Source: the human T2T-CHM13v2.0 reference genome, Homo sapiens. Taken from it: a stretch of 64,000 nucleotides of DNA. The notes beneath the pieces are model-generated. The model did not search any database. It was not told the DNA's origin and saw only the letters and a list, made by a program, of their open reading frames with translations. Positions within the stretch are counted from its first letter, which is position 1. Each line of letters opens with the position of its first letter. The position numbers and the translations under genes were made by a program. Of this stretch, positions 1 through 13,752 are shown in pieces. Location of the stretch: the NCBI RefSeq assembly GCF_009914755.1, contig NC_060927.1; one strand, written 5' to 3'.

Positions 1-44
1 ACAATGTTAAGTCGCATAAAAGCAGGATTCAAAAATACATGGTG

Positions 45-620
45 AGTATTCACTCAGCAAATATTTGCTGATTATCTATTTAAGTGCCAGGCACTGTCCT
101 AAGCACTGAGGGAGCAGCAGAGAATAAAAGAGAGAAAATCCCTGCACTCATGGGAAGGGATTCTCTCTTCTAATGAAGAAAGGCAGACAACAAAGAGGAA
201 ACAAATAGCAATAAGCAAGATATATAGCAGGTTACATGGTAAGAAGTGCTATGGAGAAAATCAAGAGGGGAAAGACATGGAGAATTGGGGAGAAGGTAGA
301 AATTTTAAAGAGGTGGTCAAGGAAAGTTTCAGAGAGAAGGGGGTTAAGAAGATGAGCAGGGGGATCCTGGGGGAGGACTTCCAGGCAGAGGAACAGGCAG
401 TGCAAAAGCCCAGAGGAGGCCTGGCAGGTTCACAAAAGAGCAAAGTCAAAGCAGCGGAACACCAAAGACAAGCAGTGGGAGAATGCGGTCAAGGAGAGCT
501 ATGTCACTCCTGGTGTGGTGGCAGCCACAGGAGAGCTCTGAGCAGAGAACTGGCAGGATCTGTAGGAGGACGAGGGCAGGAGCAGGGAGGCCACGTGGGA
601 TATCCCCCAGTGTTGTCCTA
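45..620 (-). mobile_element. L2 LINE 3' fragment
   Basis: cactcagcaaatatttgctg...gtgccaggcactgtcctaagcactg...aaaatccctgcactcatgg resembles the reverse complement of the L2 3' end. Confidence 0.6.
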
Positions 621-1484
621 GCTCATTATAATGGGTGTATGTTTATTTCATAAGCAGAAAACAAAAGATAATTCCATCAAGGACAGCACAATGCACAAAA
701 GCAGTGTGGATGCTGCAGCTGAAGCTCAGGGAAACAAACAAATAAGGAGGTCGGGGAAATCATTCAGAGACCAGCTATGAAGCAGTGGGGGGACAAAGCA
801 CTGCATGGAAACTTCATGTGTTTGTGAAGGTTCTTAGGAGCAAAGTTACTCTTCGTCATAATGAAAAACACATAACCACGATGCAAAAAACAAACAAACA
901 AACAAACAAAACAAACAAACAAAAAAAAACAACTGCAAATGGGAGAAAAAAGAATTCCCCCAACATCTCAGCATCCTAATACTTAACATCTTGATATACT
1001 TCTTTTCAATCCTTTCTCCTAGACACGCTTTTGTTTTTCCCTAATCCTCCCGCAATGCCCAGCACATTGTAGGCACTTAAAAATTCACTGAACAAAAAAA
1101 TGGAGGGCCAAATGCATGACCAAATGCTCCAAATAATTGTATGTTACATTAGCTATATTAGAGGCATTTACAGACATGGTTTTAATAGGCTTGAGTGAAG
1201 GAATGGCAACTACACACAGGGGGAAGGCATGGTCATAGGTATCTGCACGTTTAAGAGGATGGTGGTGGCATGACTGACTCATCAAGGGCACCGGAAGGGA
1301 GCAATCTGAAAAGGAAGATGCTGGCTTCAGTTTTGGTGACTTGTTGAGGGGGATGCACAGAATGTCCCTGCAGAGACACTCAGCTGTCCTTTTTCAGAGC
1401 TCAAGAAGCAATTGGAGCCTCCGCACGGAGACAGTCACAGCAGAAAGAGTAGTCAAGGAGGAGGGGAGGAAGAGAAACACCTGC

Positions 1485-1700
1485 AGACCCTACTGTATGC
1501 CAGACATTGTGCTACGAGCTTCACACATATCTACCCCATTCTAATCTTCACAACTGCCCCATGAAGTGGACACCCGTGTTCCTTTTATAGATGAGGACAC
1601 TGCTATAGATGAGGACACTGCAGGACTGGGAAGCTCAGTGATTTACCCAGTTGCTCTGAGGCAGAGCCAGGACTCAAATCCATGAGCATGAGGGCTTTTC
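1485..1700 (-). mobile_element. MIR SINE
   Basis: Reverse MIR core: ttctaatcttcacaac...ttttatagatgaggacactg...gagccaggactcaaatcc. Confidence 0.65.
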
Positions 1701-2358
1701 CCACTCATTCTCCTTTCTGATCATAGAAGCTTAAAGTATATCCAGAAGCCCAGGGAGAAAATGTGTTCAGATGACTTCATTACATAGTGCCCAGTTTTTG
1801 CTCTCAAACTCCTGGGACCCAAAAAGAATAGCATGTTCTTCCTCTTCCAAAAACATGTCTTATACTGTTTTCCAACTTACAATTAAAACCTGTGGAGTTC
1901 TTTTATTCTTTTCATTTGTATGGGTCTCCTGTCTCCCATCAGATAGAACACTCCAAGATGCCAGGACAGGCTCACGACTTCCCCCCCAACACTGGCCCAA
2001 CACTCTGCACACAGCAGGTGCTCAGCAAATGCTCTGATGCTGATGCTGACCATCCCTTGCCAGTCTTCTCGGGCTATTCCCTGTTTCCTTAGTCCTTGGA
2101 CACTTGTATGGTAGGTGACCCGACTCCCTCTGGCTCAGCCAAGGCAAAGCCAAGCCCAGATGAATGAGCCCTCTTGCGAGATGGCAGACAACAGGCAGGT
2201 GAATTTGGGTGGAGAGGAAGTTTCATACGAGGAGAGAAGGCAAACCTTCCTTCTCCACGGAGCTTGCTATGAAACAGTCTGCAAACTGGTTGGCTCATGG
2301 GCCAAATTCAGCCTATCCATATGTATTGCTTGGCTCACACATGATTTTCATTTGTTAA

Positions 2359-2686
<328 letters not shown>

Positions 2687-2862
2687 TGAGAGATTTCACA
2701 TAAAAATCTGGATCTCTGTAAGCCGCCCCCTTGAGACAGGCCTGCCCTTTTCATTTCTTCACAGCCCCCACCCCATCCAGCTCTCCAACTGCACCCCCAT
2801 CCCCTGCAGGCCCCTGCTGGAGACCCCACCTGCCCCCATCCATTCCCACCCCATGTACTCAC

Positions 2863-3007
2863 CAGCACTCAGAGTCGTGAACTCCAGGAAGCGGTATTCA
2901 TAGGACACATCTATCTTGGTTTCCACCTGAGGCCTCTTCAAAGTTGAATAAATATTCCCAGGCCGTTTTTCATCACGTTTCTCTAACTTGTTCAATCCGC
3001 AACCCAT
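2863..3007 (-). CDS. RFTN1: Raftlin (lipid raft linker 1), first coding exon: codons 1-48 plus 1 nt, followed by a phase-1 intron
   Basis: Translates to [48 protein letters not shown], recognised as the raftlin N-terminus with its Gly2 myristoylation/Cys3 palmitoylation motif. ATG at 3007-3005 in strong context (gaaATGG); canonical donor G|GTGAGT at 2863/2862. Confidence 0.97.
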
Positions 3008-3045
3008 TTCAGCAGCTGCTGGCCAAAGGAAAAAGGCGGGGAGGT
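3008..3045 (-). other. RFTN1: RFTN1 exon 2 5'UTR portion and 3' splice site (tandem CAGCAG acceptor)
   Basis: Minus strand reads ccccgcctttttcctttggc-CAG-CAG-ctgctgaa-ATG: a polypyrimidine tract followed by two AGs 3 nt apart, so the exon starts at 3018 or 3015. Confidence 0.85.
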
Positions 3046-5094
3046 GATTTTTTTCTGAGATTTTGTCTTTAAACACCCTAGTATAAAAGATGCCGTAATT
3101 TTCCTGAAGAATACATGACAGACCTCAGCCCTTATGAAACTGAGAGTATAATTTAATATAGGACCTGAACACAGAGGACTGTGCTCAGTACTCAGGCTGG
3201 CTTCTCCTTCTGCTAAGATACTATTACCAGCCGTCCTGAGATTTTTTTAAATGACACCAAAAGCATACCTGTTTTATATCTTTTTTCCCCATCTGAGGAA
3301 AATAATACCTCCCACTGCCTCAGTTCCACTATAATCTGTATCCATGAATAAAAAATGGAATCTAAAAAGCAATACGGTGCATTATAGTGTCAGCCCATCT
3401 ATAAAAAACAAGAGATGTGTCACCTTCACTGTGGTTGCTAACACAGAATAAGTCGTTGTTACAGTTTCCAAACTCCGAGTCCTTTCTACCCTCAACAGTA
3501 ATTATTTAGACAGGAAATTTATATTCATAAAACATCCTAAAAGTAGATGGTGGTATTTTTATGGGCCTTGTCTGAAAGTCCCCTTTTTCTTCGTTTTTAG
3601 ACCAAACTGCAGGAAATAATTTTATACTTCCAAGCTCTTAGAGAGTCATCTTAGACCAAAATGAAAACTGACTGAACACTAATAGCAGGGATAGAGCAAT
3701 TGGAAGCAGAAATCCACGTGTATTACAGCAAAAATCTGTAGTTCCAGTTTGAAAAGAAAATAAAGAAATGTTAAAGTAATGGGCACATTAAGGTGAGCTG
3801 AGCTTCCAATCTTCCATGGGATTAAAAGCAATGAAGGCTCTCTGTTTATTTGGGCAGAATGACTTTCACGAAATAGCTTTTCATCCACTCTCCCAACTTC
3901 AGCAGAAGAGATTTTGCTTCTGTGTACTAAGGATAAACGATGCTTTCCTCCTCTCTGGGGTACCACTGCTGCCATCAGAACATATTTCACAAAAATATTA
4001 ACCAGCCAAGAATATCACACACAGAAACCCAGTGACCGCTTCCTTTTAGAGATAAGAATTTCCTTTTGCTTAATTCATTTACAAGGTACCCAGCTTCCTA
4101 AGGCAATTTGGCAAGCTCCAGAAAAACAAACTGAACCTCAGAAAAGCAACGAGGGCATGGGGCGGGTGGAGTGGAAGGAGACGGTGTAGCGACAACCAGG
4201 CTCTACTTTTCAGTAATTAAAAAAAGTCTGAAAGAATGGATGAGAACAGGAAGGCTTACTTATGCCTTAATAAGGGAACATGAGTATCCAAAGGGCCAGA
4301 GCAGACATGATTTATGTGCAATCTGCATGAACTGATTACTTGTAAAATACTCTGTAGTTCTGCAGATGAAACAGCTGATATGTAAAAGGCTGCATATTTA
4401 ACTGCTGAAAAGCAAGCCGGCTGGCATCCACTGGGACAAAGCAGAAAAGAAATGGACAAGGAAGCTTCTAAGTGTTGGGAACACGTAGCCCGTCAAGATG
4501 TGCACTGTTACTCTCTGCAAAGAGCCCAAAGGCTCGCCAAGTCACTCATTCATGCAGATTTACTCATGCCTACTACAGGCAAAGCATTATTAGCGATTCA
4601 AACAATGTGGTCTTTGCCCTCAAGGAGGTTAGGCTACTACAAGAGGGAGGACATTCAAGCTATAACACAAGATGGGAAAATGGCAGGGACCTGGATTGGG
4701 TATTTGAGATGGGCTTTGCTGGACAGATCCCAAATTTGATGACGTAGAGATGGAGGCACAGCAAGAGCAAAGGCATGGAGGCAGGAAGCTGCCCTACCTG
4801 AAGGGAAAGGGCAGGCAGTGTGGTTTGGCAGGCCAGAGAGGCAGCGTGGGGTTTAGGGTGTCAGAGATCCCACCACTAGCCCATATGGTGCCTTTGTGAG
4901 AATTCGAAAAAGGTGCCCCCTCTTCTGAGGAATGCAGCCCTGTCCCAGCCATGTCTTACTGAGCACAGCAAGGTCTGGATTTAAGCCCCTGCATCCCCCC
5001 TTGGGAACAATCTTTATAACTGTATGTGGCAGTGCTGCTTCAGTAGGGGGGAAGTTAAGCAAAATTGATTATGATTAGTTAGCCATGTAAACAA

Positions 5095-6370
5095 ATATGG
5101 GGGTGGAGGCAAAGATTTCTTAAAGAGGACACAAAAAGCTCTAACTACAAAAGAAAATTTTGACAATGTGGGCTATATTAAGATTTAAAACTTCTGTTCC
5201 TCAAAACCCACATTAAAGAGTGAAAAGGCAATCCAGAGACTGAAATAAGCTATTTGCAATACATTTGTCAAGTGGTGCACTGGTAAACCAGCTCTCCAAG
5301 AAAGAGAGGAAGCCCCGATTTGTAGTTTGCCTATTTCTGTGGTGTAAACACACCCACCATGGCAGCTTTCAAGCTGCCAAACATGATGCCACAGAAGGCA
5401 GAGTCAGGAAGAGATGCTAAAATCAGCTCTCAAAAGCCAGTGTGTGTTGGCTCCTGCACACTAATGCATTCATGCAACAAAGGACTCACATCCACCATGA
5501 ATCAAAGAGCGCCTAACAAATTGATAAGGAAAAGATACACTACCCAACAGCAAACAGGTGAAATGCCCCAACAAACACCCATGAGGATATGCAAATGGCC
5601 AAGGAACATAAGAGAAGAAGCTCAACTTCATGACTCATCAGGGAAATGAAGGGAAGACCACAGTGAGATTTAACAGGCATCTACCAGAATAGCTTGACAT
5701 TTTAAAAACTGATAATACCAAATGTTGGCAAGGATAAGAAGCAAATGAAATTCCCCTACACTGATGGTGAGAGTGTGAATTGGTACAACCACCTTGGAAA
5801 ACTGACAATATGTTGGAAAGCTGAACGCATGCCTATCCTGTGACCCGGAAATTCCTCTCCTGGGTATATACCAACAGAAATGTGTACATATGGGCATCGA
5901 AAGACACGTATGAGAAAGCTAACAGTAGCATTACTCATACCAGCCCCATCCTGGAAACCGCCCAAACACCTTCCAGGAGAATAGATGAATACATTATGGT
6001 ATATTCACACAATGAAATATTATAAAGCAACGAAAACATGGAAACTAGGATTACACACTACATTAATGAATCTCAAAAATCAAAAAGGAGTGGGGGTGGG
6101 GGCAGCCAGACACAAAAAGTACATTCTTTCTTACTCCCGTTATACAGAGTTCCAAAACAGGCAACACTCATCTCCAGTGTTAGAAGCTGGGGTGCCAGTT
6201 ACCCTTGGGAGAACAGTGACTGCATAGAGGATGAGGGGGCTTCTAGGGTACCAGCTTTGCTGTTTCTTGATCTGGGTGTCAGTTTGTGACGATTCACTGG
6301 GCCACTGAGCAGTCTCTGTATTGATTTGTGTGCTTTCCCATACTTACACTAAAACGTTCAAAAATAATAA
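5095..6370 (+). mobile_element. Old L1 (L1M/L1ME-type) ORF2 end and 3'UTR, interrupted by MER63
   Basis: Contains ggcaaagatttctta, attaagatttaaaacttctg, gataataccaaatgttggcaaggat and aattcctctcctgggtatatacc. Confidence 0.8.
5270..5468 (-). mobile_element. MER63-type hAT DNA transposon MITE nested in the L1
   Basis: agtggtgcactggtaaa...gccccgatttgtag...ggtgtaaacacacccaccatggcagctttcaagct...ctcctgcacac. Confidence 0.7.
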
Positions 6371-7279
6371 ACAAATCTGTGACCTTACAAATGCACAGAT
6401 ACATCTCCAACAATAACGTGAGGATGGAATAAAGGCAAAACACAAAATCATCTACGTACTGGGTCTCAATTCTTCTGAATAAAAACTGAAGCATTATTTA
6501 CAGTAGGCATGTTCATCTGATGCTAGCTTATCCAATAAAGCCACTGTGTATACATTACAGAGTTCTGAGAAGGCGAAAGGACTCTTCTCTCTATCAGGCT
6601 GGTGGCAGCTTCTAATGGGTAGCGGCAGGTTCTCCCTACTGGGCCCTGCTGGAGACTTTGATGGGACCAAGGCTGAATGAGGAGCGGATAGGCTGGCAAG
6701 CAAGGGAAGGCTCTCATGCCCACCCTGCTGCATACTCAGGCAGACCTGCCTTGCTCTGGAAGGCAAGGTGTTTGAAGACCTCCAAGAAGGAGCTTGTTCC
6801 TCAAAAATCCTCCCACTTTTGCTACCTTATTCTGTAAATTCTCATATTAGAGGTTCATTCCTTTGAAATCAGAATTACCTTTCCTAAGTATCTGCTTTTA
6901 AATGACAAATATCTCCATGGGAAGGACAAGAAACTAAGCTCCTGGTAGCCACTACCACTTTAGTTTGATTTTATTTTGTCTATAATTTTTAATCTATATT
7001 TAGTTTCTTTGATAAAGGACAGGTTCCCTGATAGCAGAAAGGAGAGGGTTACCAGGATGAGAAGAAAGGTTTGGAAAGGGTTGGGGTGGGGATCAGAAGA
7101 GTACCAAGAAGCATTAGAAAACTCTTGTGATTCACAAGAGTTTAAAGTTTCAATCAGACTCCCAACCTTGAGGCTTCTGCCCCAGCTCATCCCAAAGGGC
7201 ATTGTGCTTGATATCACAGGACATAAAGGGGCTCTGGGCAAATCATCCATGTGATCAGACACAGAAAAGATAAAGAGTA

Positions 7280-7643
7280 TGTTACATTAAACCAAATTTG
7301 GCTTGACGATGCCTCCATACTTGAGTCATTACATAACGACTGCAACTTAGTTTAGTAGGTAAACTATATAAAAGCCTAACTTAGGATGTAAACTTCTGTA
7401 ACAAATAGCTGAGTCTTAGCCAATCACAGCAGCAGAATGCAGTCAATCACAGGCAGTGAATTAATGTAACCAAGCCAGCTGTCTCTGTACCTCACTTCTC
7501 TTTTCTGTACACAAAACACTGCCAGGATGTGTTTCAGGCAGGTCACTGAACCTGTTCTGGTTCTGAGGCTGCCCAATTTATGAAGTTTTCTTTGCTCATT
7601 CAAACTCTGTTAAATTTAATTTGTATCAAGTTTTTCTTTTAAT
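7280..7643 (+). mobile_element. ERV1 solo LTR, MER57 family
   Basis: Starts TGTTA; contains aagcctaacttagg, aacaaatagctgagtcttagccaatcacagc and ctgtacctcacttc; ends aaactctgttaaatttaatttg...gtttttcttttaata. Confidence 0.7.
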
Positions 7644-8321
7644 AAATACCAGCCAGCAGCAAAACTGTAATATCATTGAATCCTTGAATCTCAAATTTTA
7701 GAGACTGATTTCTCTGGAGTGCGTGCAACCCTGGCTAAGCAACTGTTTCTAAAGCACAGCCCTCTTTGGAAAGGGAGACACAGGAAGTAGTTGCTGGCCA
7801 TCAAAACCTTAGTGTGAATTAGTTCCTCCTACTCTTTTGTGTAGAGGCAGCTAGCCTGCTCCCTGCTGCCACACCGGCATTCCTTTCATTTCGCCCTGGA
7901 TTCTTCCACCAACTCCCACCCCTGTCAAAATAGGAAAGACTTTTACATCATTTCAAAAATGTCTATACCATACTCAAAACAAGTCAGAAAAATCTAGCTT
8001 ATAAAAAGTAGGAAAAATCAGCTGTAACAGTGACTTGCACACTATTGTAGAGTTTTGTAGACTATATTATTTACCATGTGACATTCCCAAACCATGCTCA
8101 CATTAGAATCCTGCAAGAGGATGGAGGCAAAAGATGGGTATGTTGCTTTTGAGGGCAGTGGGAGGGAAGGCAGAGGAAAAGGTCTAAGGAATAGTACTGT
8201 CAGATGCAGACAGAAGACACAGGTGTGCTGCACATTCCCGCACACAGACATTCAGGGAGTGTCTCAGTAGAAGGACATCTCTCACATGGGTCAAAGTCTC
8301 TAGTAAGGTGGAAGGTAAATG

Positions 8322-8822
8322 GTAAGTAGGATGGTTTTTAAATGTGGCTCCAAAATCCACTGTCATTCCTCCTATTGAGCCTATTGAGAGGTGAGGTCTA
8401 TGTCAATTACCCTGAATCTGGGCTCCAGGATGGCTTGACCAATAGAATATGACGGAATAACACAGTTCCAGTTTCTGGACCCAGCTTTAAGAAACTTGAG
8501 AGCATTTACTCCCTGACTTTTGGGGTGCCTGCTCGTGGAATCCAGCCACCATGCCATGAGGAAGCTCAAGTAGCCCCAAAGAGGGGCCCATGTGGAGAGG
8601 AACCGACAGCCAGGACCAACTTGCTGGCCATCTTGCCAGCAGGCCATGCTGGAAGTAGAGCTTCTGCCTCAGTCAAGCTGCTGATGCCATGTTAAGCAAA
8701 GACAAGCTGTTTCACCAAGCCCTGCCAAAGCTGCAGATTCCTGAGCAAAATAAGCTACTGTTGTTGTTTTAAGCTTCTAAGTTTTGGAGTGGTTCATTTA
8801 TACCATAAGCAACTTATATACC
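8322..8822 (+). mobile_element. MaLR LTR (MLT1G/H-like)
   Basis: Contains ttgaccaatagaatatg, ccagccaccatgccatgaggaagc and gttgttttaagcttctaagttttggagtgg. Confidence 0.75.
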
Positions 8823-8896
8823 AAGTCTGCTCGAAATGACCATGGCCTGCCGCCTCCTTGGCACCTGCTGAAGTTGGCCTGCTTTTAAGGTCCCTG

Positions 8897-9063
8897 TTAC
8901 AGCCATTCACCCTTTGAAGGGCATTTGGGTTGTTTCTGGCACTGGCTGATTATGAATGAAGTGGCTATAAACATTTGTGTAGAGGTTTTTATATGGACAT
9001 AAGTTTTCACTTCTCTAGGGTAAATACCTAAGAGTGGGGTTGTTGGGTTATATGATAAGTGCA
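8897..9063 (-). mobile_element. L1M fragment
   Basis: gggcatttgggttgtttc...gctataaacatttgtg...ggacataagttttcacttctctagggtaaatacc. Confidence 0.7.
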
Positions 9064-9977
9064 GGAGCCCTGTTAATGAAAAAATGCTTCTCTTTACACA
9101 TGTAGGATGTCCAGATACTGCCGCCATGAAAAGTGTATGGAAAGTGAGATCTCTCAAAGATCAGCTAGCCCCTGCTCAACTGAGGCATCAGCCCACTAGG
9201 TGGAATCATGCCCAGCGGTGCTATTCACTGACTTTTTCTCTGGTTGTTGCTTGTTTTTGTAAAAAACACACGCTAAAAGTCACCTGTGTCTAGTGAGACT
9301 CCCCCAGTACTTCATCTATGCTCCATCCTGCTCCCACAGCTCCACCCTTCCAAATTCCTATGCTCACCTCACACTGACACCTAATGTCAATCAGATTACC
9401 TATTTTATGTGTGAGTTCATTGTTGGATCAGCTTTGATTGACAGGTGTCCAGGCATTTGTTTCTCTTTTTATATTTTGTTTTCTCAGCAGACATCCCTGA
9501 AACTATGTGTATGGGTCTCCCGAGCATCAAGGTACCAAGAAAAACTTTCCAAGAAGTCTTCAAAGGTAGAGGAAATGGAAGAGGTCTTTCCCCATTTCTA
9601 TGGTGAAACAGTGGGGAAATAATCAAAGCATATATGCAGTTCCCTAGCAGAAATTGGTAAGGGTAATTAGGAACTGGATGCTTTCTAAAGAGGAAAATAA
9701 AGTAATCAGAAGAAGGTTCCGAGACCCGAACTGCAAGAAGAAGATGACAGACATTGCAAATGATCTGGAAACAAAGATCCCTTGAATGGTGATCTTCTGG
9801 AAAAAATTTTGGCTGAATCAAACCTTAAGTGGGATGTCTCTTTGGTAAGCGGTGGATCAGCTTCTTACAGGAGCTATCAGTTCCATGAGGGAGGGAAATT
9901 ATGTTCCAAATTCATTCATCCATCCATTCATTCAACACACATTTATTGAGGTCTGCTTTGAGTCAGGCACTTGGTTA

Positions 9978-10376
<399 letters not shown>

Positions 10377-11254
10377 TTAAATGTTGAAATGTTTAAATTA
10401 TTATTTTAAAAGTATCCTAATTTGTTTCTGAAATGCTTCCCACGATGCCCATAAAAAGACTGGAAAACCACTTCAAAAGGATCACCTTCTTAAAAGACTA
10501 TTTTTCAGCTATAACGTAGAAAAGGCTTAGTTTAAAAGTTCATTTTTACTATCAACTAGCATGCATGCATTTAAATAATGGGGGCAATAAATGCAGTTAT
10601 ATTTTCAAATACAAATTAGCTTCATTAAGAGTAAGCCCTCATTTGCCACACTTGCTGCTAATCTAAGGCAGCCTGTAAAGCTAATTTTAACAAATGCCAA
10701 CAGCTCGTGACAAGCAACCAGAGATGGGGCAATTATATGCAATGATGCTGGATCAGCTGGCAACCCCATTTTTTATCTCTACACTCAAATTCTGTATTTG
10801 AAGACGCAAGCATGTTTATTACTTCATTCAGTCATCCAAAGTAAGAACTGATCATCCAAATTAAAAAGTCTTTACATGATAACGACATCTCTCTAGATCC
10901 AGAAATATAAATTAAACTTAAAAGTTCAGTAGAGTATTCAGATGGTGTCAGATTTTTTGCTGTCCTGCAACAGAGTCTAAGAAACCCTAGGAAAACTAAA
11001 ATGTACCCGTCGAAAGTGTTCCTGATCCAATGCCAGATGTAAAGAACAATCTATATCAAACTGTATTAACGGTTTATATGGTACCACTTTTTAAAAGTGC
11101 CTGTGTATTTGTTTATAAAATCCATACTTTTGAAAAACTGGCAGTTCATAAACCACCTGTTAGCAGAACTTTTTTCTGAGTCATGACACTATGGGCTACA
11201 TTTTCAAGTTTTCTTTGTTGAGCATGCATTATTTTCATGGTTGAAAACAATAAG

Positions 11255-11556
11255 AACACTTTGGGAGGCCAAGGCAGGTGAATCACTTGAGCCCAGGAGT
11301 TCAAGACTAGCCTGGGCAACATGGCAAGACTCTGTCTCTACAAAAAAATTTAAAAAAGAAATTAGCTGGACATGGCAGGTCCCAGCTACTCGGGAGGCTG
11401 AAGAGGGAACATTGCTTGAGCCTAGGATGTTGAGGCTGCAGTGAGCCATGATCTCGCCACTGCATGATTGTGCCACTGCACGCTACTGCCCAGCCTGGGC
11501 AACGGAGTGAGACCTTGTCTCAAAAAAAAAAAAAAAAAGAAAGAAAGAAAAGAAAA
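11255..11556 (+). mobile_element. 5'-truncated AluJ with a 12-bp TSD
   Basis: AluJ-like body and poly-A tail; TSD GAAAACAATAAG at 11243-11254 and 11557-11568. Confidence 0.9.
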
Positions 11557-11574
11557 GAAAACAATAAGGATATC

Positions 11575-12062
11575 ACAGCCAGCCTCCAGGACGGCCCTCA
11601 GTGATCCTCCTGGTGTTCACACCCTTGTGTGGTCCCCTCCCACAGTGAATAGGGCTGACCTGTGTAACCAGAAGGATATGGTGGAAATGAGTGTGATTTC
11701 CCAGGCTACTTTATAGGAAACATTGTGGGTTCTACCTCGCTCTCCTAGATCTCTCGTTCTGGGGGCAGCCAGCTGCCATGTTGTGAGGACACTCTATCAG
11801 CAGGATGAAGTTCCACTGCAGGGCAACGAGGCCTCCTGCCAACAGTCAGCACTAACTCAGCACCCATGTGGAAGTAGATCCTACAGCCTTCAGCCCGGCC
11901 AACATCCTCACTGCAACCTCATGAGAGACCCTAAGTCAGAAGCACTCAGTTAGGCCATTTCTGGATTCCCGACTCAGAGAAACCATGCAAGATAACATGT
12001 TTGTTGTTTTAAGCCTCCAGGTTTTAGGGCAATTTACCACCCATCAATAGATAATTAATCCA
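11575..12062 (+). mobile_element. MaLR LTR (MLT1F-like)
   Basis: gtgttcacacccttgtgtggtcccctcccacagtgaatagggctgacc...actgcaacctcatgagagaccct...gttgttttaagcc. Confidence 0.75.
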
Positions 12063-12344
12063 GGCAGTTCATGTTAACAGAAGTCTTGCTCCTATATGAG
12101 AAGTGGCATTGTGGAGTGGTTGAGAGCTGACTCTTCAGCGGCCAAGTTTTGGTGTAATTTGTTACACAATAAAAGATACCTAATAGGAGTGGTGTTTGCA
12201 TTATAAGAAGAAAACACTTGCTTACCCCCACTCCTCCAACCCCCACACCTACCACCATCTCAGTCTGTCTCAGGAGGGGTCTGAACCTGAGTCCATCTCT
12301 GCTCTGCTGCTCTCCAGCCACCCTTCGCTAAAAATAGCTCCCAC

Positions 12345-12675
12345 TCAGAACCTGCTACTCAACATGTGGACCTCAGACCAGCAGCAGCATCCAGGATCTT
12401 GTTAAAAATGCAGGATCCCAGGCCCCATCCCAGACCTGCTGAATCAGAATCTGTATTTGAGCAATAAATGATCCCTTAAAGTTTGACTCACAGTACAGTT
12501 TGAGAAACCCTGAGCTGTGGCAGTGGCTCTTAATCTTGACTGCACTTTGGAACCATCTGGAGAGCTGTTAAAAGCCCTGATGCTCAGGCATTTAGGGGTG
12601 GGGCCAGAGCACCATTATTTTTAAAACCCCCAAGTGATGCTAACATGCAGCCAGGGTTGAGCATCAGTGCTCTAG
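12345..12675. mobile_element. Two adjacent MER5-family hAT MITEs
   Basis: caggccccatcccagacctgctgaatcagaatctg...tttgagaaaccctg, then cagtggctcttaatcttgactgcac...atgcagccagggttgagc. Confidence 0.7.
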
Positions 12676-13190
12676 GAGCAAACCCAGTCTTTTCCCACTC
12701 CTAGCCCTCTCCAATCTCCTAATAGCCAGGACTCAGCAGGGCCCAGGATCTCTCCTACAGCCTCACCTCCAGGACTGAGAACCACAGTTCAGAGCTCAGC
12801 CATACGGATCTGCTTAGTTCCACATCCCTCAATCTCTTGAATCTCTTTCTACCTCAGACACCCCTTCCCAGTCTCCTCTGCCATCCTCCCAGGCAAGCAC
12901 AGGCACCTCCTACATTTCTGTCCTCCTCCATCCTCTTGCCTCACTTTTCCAAAATTATTTTAATTATAAACCACTTCAAACATATGGAAAAGTACAGAAA
13001 ATGAGATGTCCATGGATCCACCACCTGGATTTCACAAGTGCTTACATTTTTACCTTATTTGCTTCAGATAGTTTATTTTTGGATAAATAGACATCTTGGA
13101 CACAGTCCTCATGCCATTCCCTGTCTCCCTATCTTTCTATCCCTGCGTGTACTCTTTTACAATCTATATATAACACCCAGAACAACATAT

Positions 13191-13752
13191 GGCAGAGATT
13201 CTGAGGATTTCTCCGTTCACAGTGCCCTTAGTTTCTCTGTACATTTTTTAATGGCATGCCCTAGACTAAAAAAAAAATACCCAATAGTTCGTTTTATTAA
13301 GTAGTTAGGTCCAAACAACTTAATACTTATTCACAGCCTAACAACAGCAGCCTTTCAGAAAAATAGCACACATAAACTGAAAGAAGAAATATTTTTTCTT
13401 TCATTCTTAACTAACCACAATTACTTGCTAATGGGATGTGTGCATCTGTTGGACACTGAGCAACTTCTCAAAACTTGGAACCACACTGAACACCACCACC
13501 CTCATTTTCAGTTCCACACTGATTTTCTTAGCAACTACCCAAAATGTAGCTTGTAAAGATATGACATCATCAAGAGTAATATGGTACTGTCAGATGTTGA
13601 TATTGTGAAGTGCCTCAAGCTAGTAGTTAGCGTGGTATCTGACAGATGTTAAGTATTGCTGCATTTCCCTCAAAGATGTGAAATATCCCTTGGCCACCCT
13701 GTGCCTTTGCTGCAGTGTCTTGCGGTATCTTAGCACAGAATTTGGGAACCAC
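13191..13752 (-). mobile_element. MER119 (hAT-Charlie)
   Basis: Contains ttattaagtagttaggtccaaacaacttaata, ctaatgggatgtgtgc, aagatatgacatcatc and tttgggaaccac. Confidence 0.75.

Noticed and set aside
3008-3076. Apparent 23-aa N-terminal extension of raftlin in the ORF track
   Set aside because: It begins at a GTG, runs through the intronic polypyrimidine tract and acceptor, and would bury the Gly2 myristoylation site.
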